NCBI GenBank assembly: GCA_963700695.1
Contig: CAVOYO010000012.1
Span: forward strand, 446,614 to 510,613
Source: an uncultured Acidobacteriota bacterium
GTDB lineage: Bacteria; Acidobacteriota; Vicinamibacteria; Fen-336
DNA length: 64,000 nucleotides
Reading direction: 5' to 3'
Part shown: piece by piece, positions 39,737-49,523 of the stretch
Numbering within the stretch: position 1 is the stretch's first letter
How the letters are laid out: each line of letters starts with the position of its first letter
The notes under the pieces: generated by a model
What the model was told of the DNA's origin: nothing
The model's input: only the letters and a program-made list of their open reading frames with translations
Databases searched by the model: none
Program-made: the position numbers and the translations under genes

Positions 39737-42451
39737 TCATTGCGAACGACTCAACAACTCCTTGAACGCCGCGAGGTCCTCGAGCACGGCGAGATCCTCG
39801 TCGCGACGAGCGAGGGCGACACTGTAGCCCTGGTCGAGGGCCTCCCGAAGCGCCTCCACGGCTTCTGACCTCTGCCCCCCGAGCGCCAGGACCGACGCCC
39901 GGATGGCGAGCACGTTCCCGTCGGAAGGCCGCAGGCTCACCGCCTCGTCCGCATGACGGATCGCCTCCGCGTGCCGTCCGAGCTTCGCCTCGAGGAGCCC
40001 CAGGTACACCATCGTGGGGGCGTCCTGGGCGTTGACGCCGAGGAGGCGGCGGCACCGCTCGACGCCGTCCTCGTAGGCCGCCCGCGCGTCGTCGGCGCGG
40101 TCGAGCTTCCGGTACGTGTCTCCGAGGTTCATGGCTCGCTGCGGGAGGCCCGGCTCCAGGCGATTGGCCTCCTCGAACGCCTCGGCCGCCTCCGGGAAGC
40201 GTCCCTGGTCGTACAGGATGTTTGCGAGGTTGTTGTAGGCGCGGGCGTCGGGCCCGAGCTCCAGGGCCCGGCGATAGCTCTCCAGCGCGAGCTCCGGGTG
40301 ACCCGCCGCGTGGTGGGCCGCGCCGAGCTGTTGAAGGGGCCGGCTGTTGTCGGGCTGAAGGCGGGCCGCCTCCTCGAACGCCACGATCGCCTCGTCGTAG
40401 CGAGCATCGAAGAAGTAGATCCTCCCGAGGGCACTGTGATGCTGCCAGTATCTCGGCCGCAGCCCGATCGCGGTCTTGAGCTCGGCGACGGCCTCCTCCG
40501 TCCGGCCCTCCTCGTTGAGGATTCGCCCGAGCAGGGCGTGGGCCTCGTCGCTCGCGGGGCGCAGGGCGACGACCTCGCGGAGCTGCTCGAGCGCCTGCTC
40601 CGTACGCCCGGTGCCGTGGTAGATGCGGGCCAGCACGAGCCGCACACCGGGTAGCCCCCCGTCGATGCGGAGGGCCTCGGTGATCGCGTCCTGCGCCTGC
40701 CGCGCCCCCTCGGCCTCCTTCGTCTCCTCGTAGTGGATCCAGAGGGCCTCGCCCAGGCCGGCGTGGGCCAGGGCAAAGCCCGGGTCGCGCCGGACCGCGG
40801 CCCGGAACATCTCCACGGCACGGGCCACGTTGCCGGGGACGTCGGGACGCTCGAGCAGGGCCCGGGCCCGTGCGTACTCGGCGAACGTCTCCGTGTCCGC
40901 GACAGGCGCTGAGGTCGTCGGACGTCTCTCTCCCGGCCTCCAGGGTTGCCCGAGGGCCTTCCGGAGACCCACGGCGGCCCGGGCCTGCAAGGCCCACAGA
41001 TTCGAGAGCTGGTCCTCATAAGACTCGGCCCAGGCCACCGAGGCGTCGGGACGGATCAGGGTCAGGTTGAAGCGCACGGAGTCGTCCAGGCGCTGGACGC
41101 CGCCTCCGACCAGGAAGGTGACCCCGAGCTCGCGCGCGAGGCGCCGGGTGTCGCCGAGCCGGCGAAACTCCTCGAGCGTGCTGGCGCGTGAGACGACGGT
41201 GAGGGCGGAGCTCGACGCCAGGTGGGTCACCAGGGCGTCGGCCAGCCCCACCCCGAGATACCCGTCGCCGGGGTCGGCCCCGAGGTTGTCGAGAGGCATC
41301 ACCGCGACGACCGAACGATCGGCGGTCGCAGGAGTCTGGGCCGGAGGCGAGATCAGCCGCACGACCGCGTATGCGGCGGCGAGGGCCAGTCCCCCGACGA
41401 TGCCGACGAGCAGGCGGCGCCTGGGATGCCGGCGCGGGGGGGGCGTGGATTCCGGCGGGGCCAGGGGGACGTCCGTGCTCAGCGCGGCCTCGGCCTGCCC
41501 CAGAGTCCGCTCGAGGCTCTGCGCGGACGGGAAGCGCCGCTCCGGATCGCGCTCCAGGCAGCGCATCACCAGCCCATCGAGCGTGGGGCCCACCTCGGCG
41601 ACGAGCACGCTCGGCGGGGGACAGGGCTCGTTCGCCGCCCGAGCCGCGAAGGGCAGCGGGCCCCGGTCGCCCGGAGGGCGACGCCCCGTCAGCATCTCGT
41701 AGAGGATGAGGCCGACCGCGAAGATGTCCGAGCGCGCATCCGCCGGCTGCCCGCGGGCCTGCTCGGGCGAGAGGTAGGCCAGCGTTCCCAGGACCGCTCC
41801 CGCGTCGGTGAGCGGCTGGCCGCCCCCCTGCCGGGCGAGCCCGAAGTCCATGAGGACCGCGTGCCCGCCGCGGTCCACCATCACGTTGCTCGGCTTGAGG
41901 TCGCGGTGGACGATGTGCTCGGCGTGGATGGCGTCGAGGCCGGCGCAGATCTGCCGGCCCAGCGCGATCGTCTGGCGGGGCGAAAGCCGGCCGACGGAGC
42001 CGATGAGGTCGCGAAGCGTCTGACCCGTCACGTACTCCATGCTGATGAAGATCGTGCCGTCGACCTCGCCGAGGTCGTGAACCCGGCACACGTTGCGGTG
42101 CGTGACGGAGAGGGCGAGGCTGAGCTCTCGTCGGAAGCGCTGCAGGGCTTCAGGGCTCGTCGTGAGGTGGGGCTGTACGAGCTTGAGGGCGACCGGGCGC
42201 TCCAGCTCGCGGTCGAGGGCCTTGTAGACCTCGCCCATGCCCCCGGCGCCCACGAGCTCGACGATTGAGTACCGGTCGCCGAACGCGTCTCCCGGGCGGA
42301 ACGAGCGCCTTGGACCGGGCGAAGGAGCCGACGGGGGGTGCGGCGGACTCCCCGGCTCGCCTTCGAGGGTGGGCGCGGACGACACTGCACCACAGGCGGG
42401 GCACAGCCCCGACGGATGGGCGACCTCGGCCTGGCAGGCCGTGCACCTCAT
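39737..42451 (-). CDS. Ser/Thr protein kinase with N-terminal zinc ribbon, TM segment and C-terminal TPR array
   Basis: Intact 904 aa. CTAC...CPAC ribbon, then GAGGMGEVYKA, VALK, HRDLKPSNV, DFG and SPE. A TM segment lies near LLVGIVGGLALAAAYAV. About 10 TPRs follow. Confidence 0.9.
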   Translation of the reverse strand: MRCTACQAEVAHPSGLCPACGAVSSAPTLEGEPGSPPHPPSAPSPGPRRSFRPGDAFGDRYSIVELVGAGGMGEVYKALDRELERPVALKLVQPHLTTSPEALQRFRRELSLALSVTHRNVCRVHDLGEVDGTIFISMEYVTGQTLRDLIGSVGRLSPRQTIALGRQICAGLDAIHAEHIVHRDLKPSNVMVDRGGHAVLMDFGLARQGGGQPLTDAGAVLGTLAYLSPEQARGQPADARSDIFAVGLILYEMLTGRRPPGDRGPLPFAARAANEPCPPPSVLVAEVGPTLDGLVMRCLERDPERRFPSAQSLERTLGQAEAALSTDVPLAPPESTPPPRRHPRRRLLVGIVGGLALAAAYAVVRLISPPAQTPATADRSVVAVMPLDNLGADPGDGYLGVGLADALVTHLASSSALTVVSRASTLEEFRRLGDTRRLARELGVTFLVGGGVQRLDDSVRFNLTLIRPDASVAWAESYEDQLSNLWALQARAAVGLRKALGQPWRPGERRPTTSAPVADTETFAEYARARALLERPDVPGNVARAVEMFRAAVRRDPGFALAHAGLGEALWIHYEETKEAEGARQAQDAITEALRIDGGLPGVRLVLARIYHGTGRTEQALEQLREVVALRPASDEAHALLGRILNEEGRTEEAVAELKTAIGLRPRYWQHHSALGRIYFFDARYDEAIVAFEEAARLQPDNSRPLQQLGAAHHAAGHPELALESYRRALELGPDARAYNNLANILYDQGRFPEAAEAFEEANRLEPGLPQRAMNLGDTYRKLDRADDARAAYEDGVERCRRLLGVNAQDAPTMVYLGLLEAKLGRHAEAIRHADEAVSLRPSDGNVLAIRASVLALGGQRSEAVEALREALDQGYSVALARRDEDLAVLEDLAAFKELLSRSQ

Positions 42452-42573
42452 CGCACTACCTCTGGAGGACCGGTCGCGGAGCAGCCTATTCCACCTCCAT
42501 GAGGCGGGTCAATGAAATACGCGAGGTTGCGGCGAGGGGTCACCCGGAGGGAGAGGGCTATAATCACTGACGG

Positions 42574-42939
42574 ATGCCCCGCCTCGAGACCTTCCCCAAC
42601 CCGCATCCGGGCCGCGACTACACCATCGAGCACACCTGCCCCGAGTTCACCTCGGTCTGCCCGAAGACGGGACAGCCCGACTTCGCAACCATCCGGGTCA
42701 CGTACGTCGCGGACCGGACGTGCGTGGAACTCAAGAGCCTGAAGCTCTATCTCCAGTCCTTCCGCAACGAGGGGATCTTCTACGAGGACGTCGTCAACGT
42801 CATCCTGGACGACCTGGTCCGGGCGGTGAGCCCTCGCCGGATGACCGTCGAAGGCTCGTTCGCCGTCCGCGGCGGCATCGCCAGCGTCGTCACCGCGACC
42901 CACGAGGCCCCTCGAAAAGGGAGCACGAAGAGGAGATGA
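42574..42939 (+). CDS. queF: NADPH-dependent 7-cyano-7-deazaguanine (preQ0) reductase
   Basis: The catalytic CPKTGQPDF motif and [16 protein letters not shown] are present, in a unimodular 121-aa form. Confidence 0.9.
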   Translation: MPRLETFPNPHPGRDYTIEHTCPEFTSVCPKTGQPDFATIRVTYVADRTCVELKSLKLYLQSFRNEGIFYEDVVNVILDDLVRAVSPRRMTVEGSFAVRGGIASVVTATHEAPRKGSTKRR

Positions 42940-43782
42940 GGGCCCTCACCTTCCTGGCCAGCCGCTTCGTTGCGGGCGAGGAGCCGCGGGATGCGGTGCG
43001 CGTCGGCGAGAGTCTCCAGGCGAAGAGCATCAAGGCGACGTTCGACAAGCTGGGCGAGGACGTGCACGACCGGGAGGCGGCCACGCGGGCGGCGGACGCC
43101 GCGAAGGAGCTCCTGCGGCTGATCCCGCGCAGGGTCGAGCGCAACATCTCGATCAAGATGTCGTCGATGGGGCAGGAGATCTCGCGCGATGTCTGTCTCG
43201 AGAACACGGCCTCGATCCTCGACGTGGCGAAGGAGGTGGGGGGCTTCGTGCGCCTCGACATGGAGGGCTCGAAGCTCACCCAGGACACGATCGAGGTCTT
43301 CCAGCGAGCTGAGGAAGCGTTACGACAACGTGGGGATCGTGCTCCAGGCCTACCTCCACCGGACCCTCGACGACGTCCGGGAGGCCGTCGATCGAGGAGA
43401 CAGGGTGCGGCTGTGCAAGGGCGCCTACCGGGAGCCGCCGGAGGTGGCGCTGCAGGACATGTCCGAGATCCGCCGCACCTTCAAGGAGGCGGCCCACCTC
43501 CTGCTGGACCGGGGCCGCTACCCGGCCATCGCCACCCACGACGAGGAGCTCATCCGGGACACGATCGAGTACGCGCGCGATCGGGGGATCGAGCCCTCGC
43601 GCTTCGAGTTCCAGATGCTCTACGGGTTGCGACCGAAGCGGTGGAACCAGCTCGTGGCCGACGGCTACAACGTGCGCATCTACGTGCCCTACGGGACCCA
43701 CTGGGTCCCGTACTTCTACCGCCGCCTGCGCGAGCGCAAGGAGAACGTCCTCTTCGTCCTGAAGAGCCTCCTCGGAGGCTGA
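42936..43782 (+). CDS. Proline dehydrogenase (monofunctional) (1 apparent frameshift)
   Basis: ATG at 42936 overlaps the queF stop. ...[21 protein letters not shown] then switches near 43305 to [20 protein letters not shown]...RLCKGAY...FEFQMLYG. Confidence 0.8.
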
Positions 43783-43816
43783 GCGCCGGTTGCCGCTATA
43801 CTCCCACCTTGTGCGC

Positions 43817-44872
43817 ATGAGGGCCGTTGTCTACCGGGGGAAAGACGACCTGCGGTTGGAGGAGATCCCCATCCCCGAGCCCGGAGCGGGGGAGATGCTG
43901 GTCCGCGTCGACGCGTGCGGGATCTGTCCGACCGACCTGAAGAAGATCGAGAAGGGGCTCCTGCCCGGGCCGCGAGTCTTCGGACACGAGATCGCGGGCA
44001 CGGTGGCGGCTCTCGGTCCCGGCACCGGGGGCTTTGGCGAGGGCCAGCGGGTGGTGGTCCACCACCACATCCCCTGCCGGGCCTGCTTCTACTGCCAGCG
44101 GGAGGCCTTTGCCCAGTGCCCGCGTTACAAGGAGAACGGCACCACGGCGGGCTTCGAGGCGGCGGGGGGCGGGTACGCCGAGTACGTGAAGGCTCTCGAC
44201 TGGATCGTAGAGGAAGGCACGATCCCGATTCCCGATGGGGTGCACCCCGAAGAGGCGGTCTTCGTGGAGCCGGTGAACACGTGCCTCAAGGCGGTGGTCA
44301 AGGCCCGGGTCGAGAAGGGCGAGACCGCGCTCGTCGTGGGGCAGGGACCGATCGGGCTGCTCATCATGCAGCTCCTTCGCTGGTCCGGGGCGAGCGTGAT
44401 CGTCTCCGATCCGCTGGCCGAGCGCCGCTCGCTGGGCCGGTCGCTGGGTGCGACCGTGGCCCTCGACGCTGGGGCCGACGTGCCGGCGGAGGTGCGGGCG
44501 CTGACGCACGGGCGCGGCGCCGACTGCGCCTTCGTGGCCGCGGTGGGGTCGGCCCCTCTCGCCCAGGCCATCGCGGCGACGCGGGCGGCCGGCCGTATCC
44601 TTTCCTTCGCCGCCACCTCGCCGGGAGAGACGGCGGAGGTCGACCTGGGGGTCATGACCGTGTCCGAGAAGGACATCCTGACGTCCTACAGCGCGTCCGT
44701 CGACCTGCAGGACCAGGCCGCCCAGCTGGTCTTCAAGCGGGAGATCCGGGTGCGGGAGCTCGTGAGCCACCGGCTCCCGTTCGAGCGGGCGCTCGAGGCC
44801 TTCGACCTCGCCCGTCGGCCCGGGCCGGGGACACTCAAGGTCGTGGTCGAGACAGACGCGGAAGCGAGGTGA
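43817..44872 (+). CDS. Zn-dependent medium-chain dehydrogenase/reductase
   Basis: GICPTD, GHEIAGTV and a Rossmann segment VVGQGPIGL are present. Confidence 0.8.
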   Translation: MRAVVYRGKDDLRLEEIPIPEPGAGEMLVRVDACGICPTDLKKIEKGLLPGPRVFGHEIAGTVAALGPGTGGFGEGQRVVVHHHIPCRACFYCQREAFAQCPRYKENGTTAGFEAAGGGYAEYVKALDWIVEEGTIPIPDGVHPEEAVFVEPVNTCLKAVVKARVEKGETALVVGQGPIGLLIMQLLRWSGASVIVSDPLAERRSLGRSLGATVALDAGADVPAEVRALTHGRGADCAFVAAVGSAPLAQAIAATRAAGRILSFAATSPGETAEVDLGVMTVSEKDILTSYSASVDLQDQAAQLVFKREIRVRELVSHRLPFERALEAFDLARRPGPGTLKVVVETDAEAR

Positions 44873-44876
44873 GCCC

Positions 44877-45932
44877 GTGGCCACACAGATGAGGGCGGCC
44901 GTCCTTCACGGGCGCGAGGACGTGCGCATCGAGCACGTGGACGTGCCGCGCCTCGGGCCCGGTGACGTGCTGCTCCGCACGCGGGTCGCGCTCACGTGCG
45001 GGACCGACGTCAAGGTCTTCCGCCGCGGCTACCACGCCCGGATGATCCAGCCGCCCTCCGTCTTCGGTCACGAGGTGGCGGGGGTCGTCGAGGACGTGGG
45101 CTCGGGGTTGGACGGCGTCGAGCCCGGGAGCCCGGTCGTGGTGGCCAACTCCGCCCCCTGCGGCGAGTGTCACTACTGCGGCCACGACAGCCCCAGCCTG
45201 TGCGACGACCTCCAGTTCTGGAACGGGGCCTACGCGGAGTTCGCCCGCATCCCCGCCCGCGTCGTCCGGCACAATCTCATTCGCCTGGAGGAGGGAGTGG
45301 GGTTCCGCGAGGCGGCCATGGTCGAGCCGCTCGCTTGCGTCGTCAGGGGAGTCGAGGAGAGCTGGGTTGGCCGCGGGCAGTCGGTCGCGGTGATCGGGGC
45401 CGGGCCGATCGGTCTGATGTTCGTTGCGCTGGCCCGGCTGAGGGGCGCTCACGTGACGGTGGTGGGACGCAACCGCGGGCGGCTCGAGAAGGCCCTCGAG
45501 CTGGGGGCCGAAGCCGTGATCGAGGCGGCGCCGGACGCCGATCTCGGACAGCAGCTGAGGCGACGCTGCCGCCACGGTCCCGGGCCCGACGTGGTCATCG
45601 AGGCGGTGGGCCTGCCCGAGACCTGCGAAGCGGCGATCCGGGCCGTCCGCAAGGGAGGGGTGGTGAACCTCTTCGCGGGTTGCCCGGCCGACACGCGGGT
45701 CGGCATCGACTCGCAGCGCCTCCACTATCAGGAGCTGACGATCAAGTCGACGTTCCACCACACGCCGGAGAGCGTGCGGAAGGCGTTTCGCCTCATTGCC
45801 GATGGGCACGTCGACCCGAACACCTTCATCACGGGCCAGGAGCCGCTCGACCGGCTGCCGGGCGTGCTCGACCGGATGGCCCGCGGCGCGGACGGGCTGA
45901 AGACCGCGATCCTCACCTGGGGCCACGAGTGA
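44877..45932 (+). CDS. Zn-dependent medium-chain dehydrogenase/reductase (paralogue)
   Basis: GTD..., GHEVAGVV, the structural-Zn segment CGECHYC, and VIGAGPIGL are present. Confidence 0.8.
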   Translation: MATQMRAAVLHGREDVRIEHVDVPRLGPGDVLLRTRVALTCGTDVKVFRRGYHARMIQPPSVFGHEVAGVVEDVGSGLDGVEPGSPVVVANSAPCGECHYCGHDSPSLCDDLQFWNGAYAEFARIPARVVRHNLIRLEEGVGFREAAMVEPLACVVRGVEESWVGRGQSVAVIGAGPIGLMFVALARLRGAHVTVVGRNRGRLEKALELGAEAVIEAAPDADLGQQLRRRCRHGPGPDVVIEAVGLPETCEAAIRAVRKGGVVNLFAGCPADTRVGIDSQRLHYQELTIKSTFHHTPESVRKAFRLIADGHVDPNTFITGQEPLDRLPGVLDRMARGADGLKTAILTWGHE

Positions 45933-45936
45933 CTAA

Positions 45937-45960
45937 GGGGGCGTCCCGGGGGACGCCCCC
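45937..45960. terminator. Perfect GC palindrome between convergent genes (bidirectional terminator candidate)
   Basis: GGGGGCGTCCC (45937-45947) pairs with GGGACGCCCCC (50-60). It lies 5 nt after the ADH stop. There is no T-tract. Confidence 0.45.
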
Positions 45961-45995
45961 TGCCGTGATCCAGGTTGTGAGGTGAAGACCCGTTA

Positions 45996-46465
45996 CTAGC
46001 GCTTCTTGGCCTTCTTCTTGGCCCTCTTCTTGGCGACCTTCTTCTTCTTGGCGCCTTCTTCTTCTTGGTGGCCTTCTTCTTCTTGGCGACCTTCTTCTTG
46101 GCGACCTTCTTCTTGGCGACCTTCTTCTTGGCGACCTTCTTCTTGGTGACCTTCTTCTTGGCGGCCTTCTTCTTGGTGGCCTTCTTCTTGGCGGCCTTCT
46201 TCTTGGCCGCCTTCTTCTTCTTGGCGCCCTTCTTCCTCGCGGTGACCTTGCTCGCGCCCTTCTTCGCGGCCGCCTTCACCTTCGTGGCAGCGTCGCCGAA
46301 GGTCTTCTGGGCGGCCTCAGCGGAGTCGGTCACCTCGCTCTTGATGAAGGCGGCGGTGGTGGACCACGCCTCCCGGGCCTCCTTCAGTGCGTCGGAGGCA
46401 GTCGGTGCGTCTTCTTCTGGGGCATCTCCCGGCCCCGGCGAACCCCAAGGCGTATCGTCAGACAT
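45996..46465 (-). CDS. Lysine/alanine-rich histone H1-like nucleoid protein (1 apparent frameshift)
   Basis: An acidic/helical N-terminal ~75 aa is followed by (A/V/T)KKK repeats. Correcting a 1-nt loss near 46052 restores ...AKKKKVAKKRAKKKAKKR* ending at 45996. The track ORF 45728..46465 reads through as an Arg/Pro-rich out-of-frame tail. Confidence 0.65.
46001..46230. repeat. Coding tandem repeat (15-bp unit cttcttcttggcgac and variants)
   Basis: About 9 or more near-identical units encode KKKVA/KKKAA on the minus strand. Confidence 0.85.
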
Positions 46466-46592
46466 GCATCATCCTCCAGCAGACTGGATGCGGTGCCGGC
46501 TCGCCTTCGAGCCGAGCGCCGGTTTCGAGCCGCAACGACGGCCTGATCGATGCCGAGTGTGCTCTGCCCGGCCGCGCTCGTCAAGCGGAAAA

Positions 46593-46650
46593 GGCCACCG
46601 GGCCTGGACTCGCCCGCGTGTCCTCTTCCTTGGGGACACGCGGGCGTATG
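46593..46650. repeat. REP-like palindromic element, copy 2
   Basis: GGCCACCGGGCCTGGACTCGCCCGCGTGTCCTCTTCCTTGGGGACACGCGGGCGTATG. A perfect 13-bp stem pairs 46611-46623 with 46634-46646. It abuts the stop of the gene at 46651. Confidence 0.7.
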
Positions 46651-46848
46651 TTAGTTCAGCGTGAGGTTGGTGGGGAGGTCGGCGAGGACGCCGCAGTCGT
46701 CGCAAAGCGTGTAGCCTCGACCGATGTCCGGTCCGAGCTGGATGGGGTGCAGGTCCTTCGACATCACCCGTCCGCCCCGGCCGATGGAGAGCACGGGCGA
46801 ACCACAGAGCGGGCACTGTGCCTGGACGGATGCGATGCTGGTTCCCAT
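46651..46848 (-). CDS. Small (65 aa) zinc-ribbon protein
   Basis: ATG at 46848 follows AAAGGAGG. CPLC...CDDC form a four-Cys arrangement. Function unknown. Confidence 0.5.
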   Translation of the reverse strand: MGTSIASVQAQCPLCGSPVLSIGRGGRVMSKDLHPIQLGPDIGRGYTLCDDCGVLADLPTNLTLN

Positions 46849-47059
46849 GACGCCTCCTTTCCGAGGTCCACGTCCGCTGGCCTTCACTCGGTTGGACGGG
46901 TGGGGGAGGGAAAAGGTTCGCCCCGGATGGGCTCGGCACATGTTTTTTCGGCGTCTAACACGCTGTGCCCGAGCCTCTTGCGCCCGGACGGAGGGGTGGA
47001 AACGGTGGCGATCAGCGGCCTCGGCCCGGCTCGGCGGCCTGGTGGGCTTGGGGCCATCG

Positions 47060-47089
47060 TTGACACCCCGCGGACCGAATTGCTAGACT
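47060..47089 (+). promoter_or_regulatory. Putative promoter of tRNA-fMet
   Basis: TTGACA (47060-47065), an 18-nt spacer, then TAGACT (47084-47089), ~20 nt upstream of the tRNA. Confidence 0.45.
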
Positions 47090-47108
47090 ACTCGGGACGC
47101 TGATCTGA

Positions 47109-47185
<77 letters not shown>

Positions 47186-47274
47186 GCACTCATACCGTAC
47201 AGCTGAAGGAACGAGGCCGCGCGAGCGGCCTCGGCCGTTTCTGGGGCCGAGACCCGGCCCCGGCGAGAGGGTGC

Positions 47275-49486
47275 GTGGCAAATCGTCTGGCGGCGGAGTC
47301 GAGCCCCTATCTGCTGCTCCACGCCCACAACCCCGTCGACTGGTTTGCCTGGGGCGAAGAGGCCTTCGAGAAGGCCCGCGCCGAGGACCGGCCGATCTTT
47401 CTCTCCGTCGGGTACTCGACCTGCTACTGGTGCCACGTCATGGAGCGCGAGAGCTTCTCCGACCCGGAGATCGCCCGCGTGATGAACGACAGCTTCGTTT
47501 GCGTCAAGGTGGACCGCGAGGAGCGGCCCGACGTGGACGAGATCTACATGACGGCGACGCAGCTCATGACCCGGTCCGGGCGGCTGGCCGAACTCGCTGT
47601 TCCTCACCCCGGAGCTCGAGCCCTTCTTCGCCGGGACCTACTTCCCGCCCCGCGACGGCCTCGGGAGGCCCGGCTTTCCCCAGGTCCTGCAGGCGCTGCG
47701 CGAGGCCTGGCTGCTCCGGCGCGGGGAGGTGAAGCAGCGGGCCCGGGCGGTGGCGGAGGCGATGGAAGCGTCTCTGGCCGGCTCGCGCGAGGGACGCCGC
47801 GTCATGCCGGAGCCGGACGTCGCGGCCCAGGTGCAGGCCGAGCTCGCGGCGCGGTTCGACCCGGAGTGGGGCGGCTTCGGTCCGGCCCCCAAGTTCCCTT
47901 CTCCCTCGAACCTCGCCTTCCTCCTCGACCGGGCCGAAGACGAGAGCGCCCGGCGGATGCTCGTGGTCACGCTCGACCGCATGGCCCGCGGCGGGGTCAT
48001 GGATCAGCTCGCGGGCGGCTTTCACCGCTACTCGACCGACGCGGCCTGGTTGGTGCCGCACTTCGAGAAGATGCTGTACGACAACGCGGCACTGGCCCGG
48101 CTCTACGCGGAGGCCGCGCCCCTGGCCGCGGGGGCGGGTTTCGATCGCGTGGCCCGCTTCACGCTGGACTTCGTGCTCCGCGAGATGACGTCCCCCGAGG
48201 GGGCCTTCCTCTCCGCCATCGACGCCGAGACCGACGGTCACGAAGGGGCCTACTACACCTGGACCGAAGCCGACCTGGAGTCGGAGCTGCCGGCCGCCGA
48301 TCGGGCTCTGTTCAGGGTCGCCTACGGCCTGGACGGGCCGCCGACGTTCGAGGGCGATCGCTACGTTCTCCACCTTCCGGCACCGCTGGACGAGCAGGCG
48401 GAGCGGTCCGGGCTCAGCGCGGAGGAGCTCGAGCGCCGGCTGGAGCCGGGTCGGGAGGCGCTCCTGGCCGCCCGGGCCCGCCGTGAGCGCCCGCTGATCG
48501 ACGACAAGATCCTCACCGACTGGAACGGCCTCATGATCGGTGCGATGGCCCGGGTGGGGGAGCTGCTCGGGGAGAGCCGCTACGTCGAGTGCGCGGGACG
48601 CGCGGCGGAGCTCGTTCTCGCGCGCCTCCGAAACGACTCTGGCACGCTGCTCCACGCCTTCCGCGAAGGGCGCGCCAGCGTGCCCGCCTTCCTCGACGAC
48701 TACGCGTTCCTGATCGAGGGGCTCCTGCGACTGCACGACGCCGCGGGGGAGGACCGCTGGGTTGACGAGGCCGTGCGGCTCGCCGAGGAGCAGGAGCAGA
48801 GGCTCGGCGATTCCGAGGTCGGTGGCTACTTCGCCGCCGGCGACGACCCGAGGCTGCTCTTCCGCGCCAAGCCCGCCTTCGACGGCGCCGTCGCCTCGGG
48901 CAACGGCACCGCCGCCTTGAACCTGATCGAGCTGGGCGCCCTCACCGGCGACCCGCGCTGGGCGGAGCGTGCCGAGGCCGCCGTCCTCGGCTTCGGCGAG
49001 GAGGTGGCCCGGGCCCCGTACGCTCACGTGACCTTCGTGCGCGCCATCGTCCGGCTGCACGAGCGGGTCGCCCCGAGCCCCGGGGCCGAGCCGGCTCCCG
49101 CGCCCTCGGCGGTGGAGTCCCTCGAGGAGGAGGGGCGCGACGCGGTCGAGGTGGAGGGACGGATGGGGAGCGGAGAGGACGAGGTGTGGAAGCCCTTCAC
49201 GGTCGACCTCGAGATCGGCCGGGGCTTTCACCTCAACGCAAACCCGGCGGACGACCCCGCCCTCGTGGTCACGTCGGTGACGGGAGTCCTCGGCCCGGTG
49301 CGCAACGTGCGATATCCCCGGGGCGAGCCGGGCCCGCAGGGTGCGCCGGTCTACAGCGGGCGGGTGCGGATCGAGGGAGAGATCGAGCACCGGGGCGGCG
49401 GAGCCGCCGCGGTCGAGCTCGCCTACCAGGCCTGCGACGAGCGCCGGTGCCTTCCGCCGGTGACCCGTCTCGTGCGGCTCAGATGA
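47275..49486 (+). CDS. Thioredoxin-domain (DUF255/YyaL-like) protein with six-hairpin glycosidase-like and DsbD-N-like regions (1 apparent frameshift)
   Basis: GTG start. [22 protein letters not shown]...[16 protein letters not shown], then a switch near 47578 to [23 protein letters not shown]... (ORF 47729..49486). Confidence 0.8.
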
Positions 49487-49523
49487 GACAGCACTCCCGC
49501 GGACGGGCCGATCCATCGTAGGC

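Noticed and set aside
42452-42573. A preQ1 riboswitch upstream of queF.
   Set aside because: The only promoter-like element (TATAAT at 42559-42564) is 9 nt from the ATG. The upstream 100 nt show no preQ1-type hairpin or pseudoknot that I can recognise.
46001-46230. Regularly spaced short repeats that might have been a CRISPR array (also 39581..39634 and 59709..59735).
   Set aside because: The units are contiguous (15, 12 and 9 bp) with no unique spacers. They are in frame inside ORFs, encoding KKKVA, PTPE and SRD repeats. No cas genes are present.
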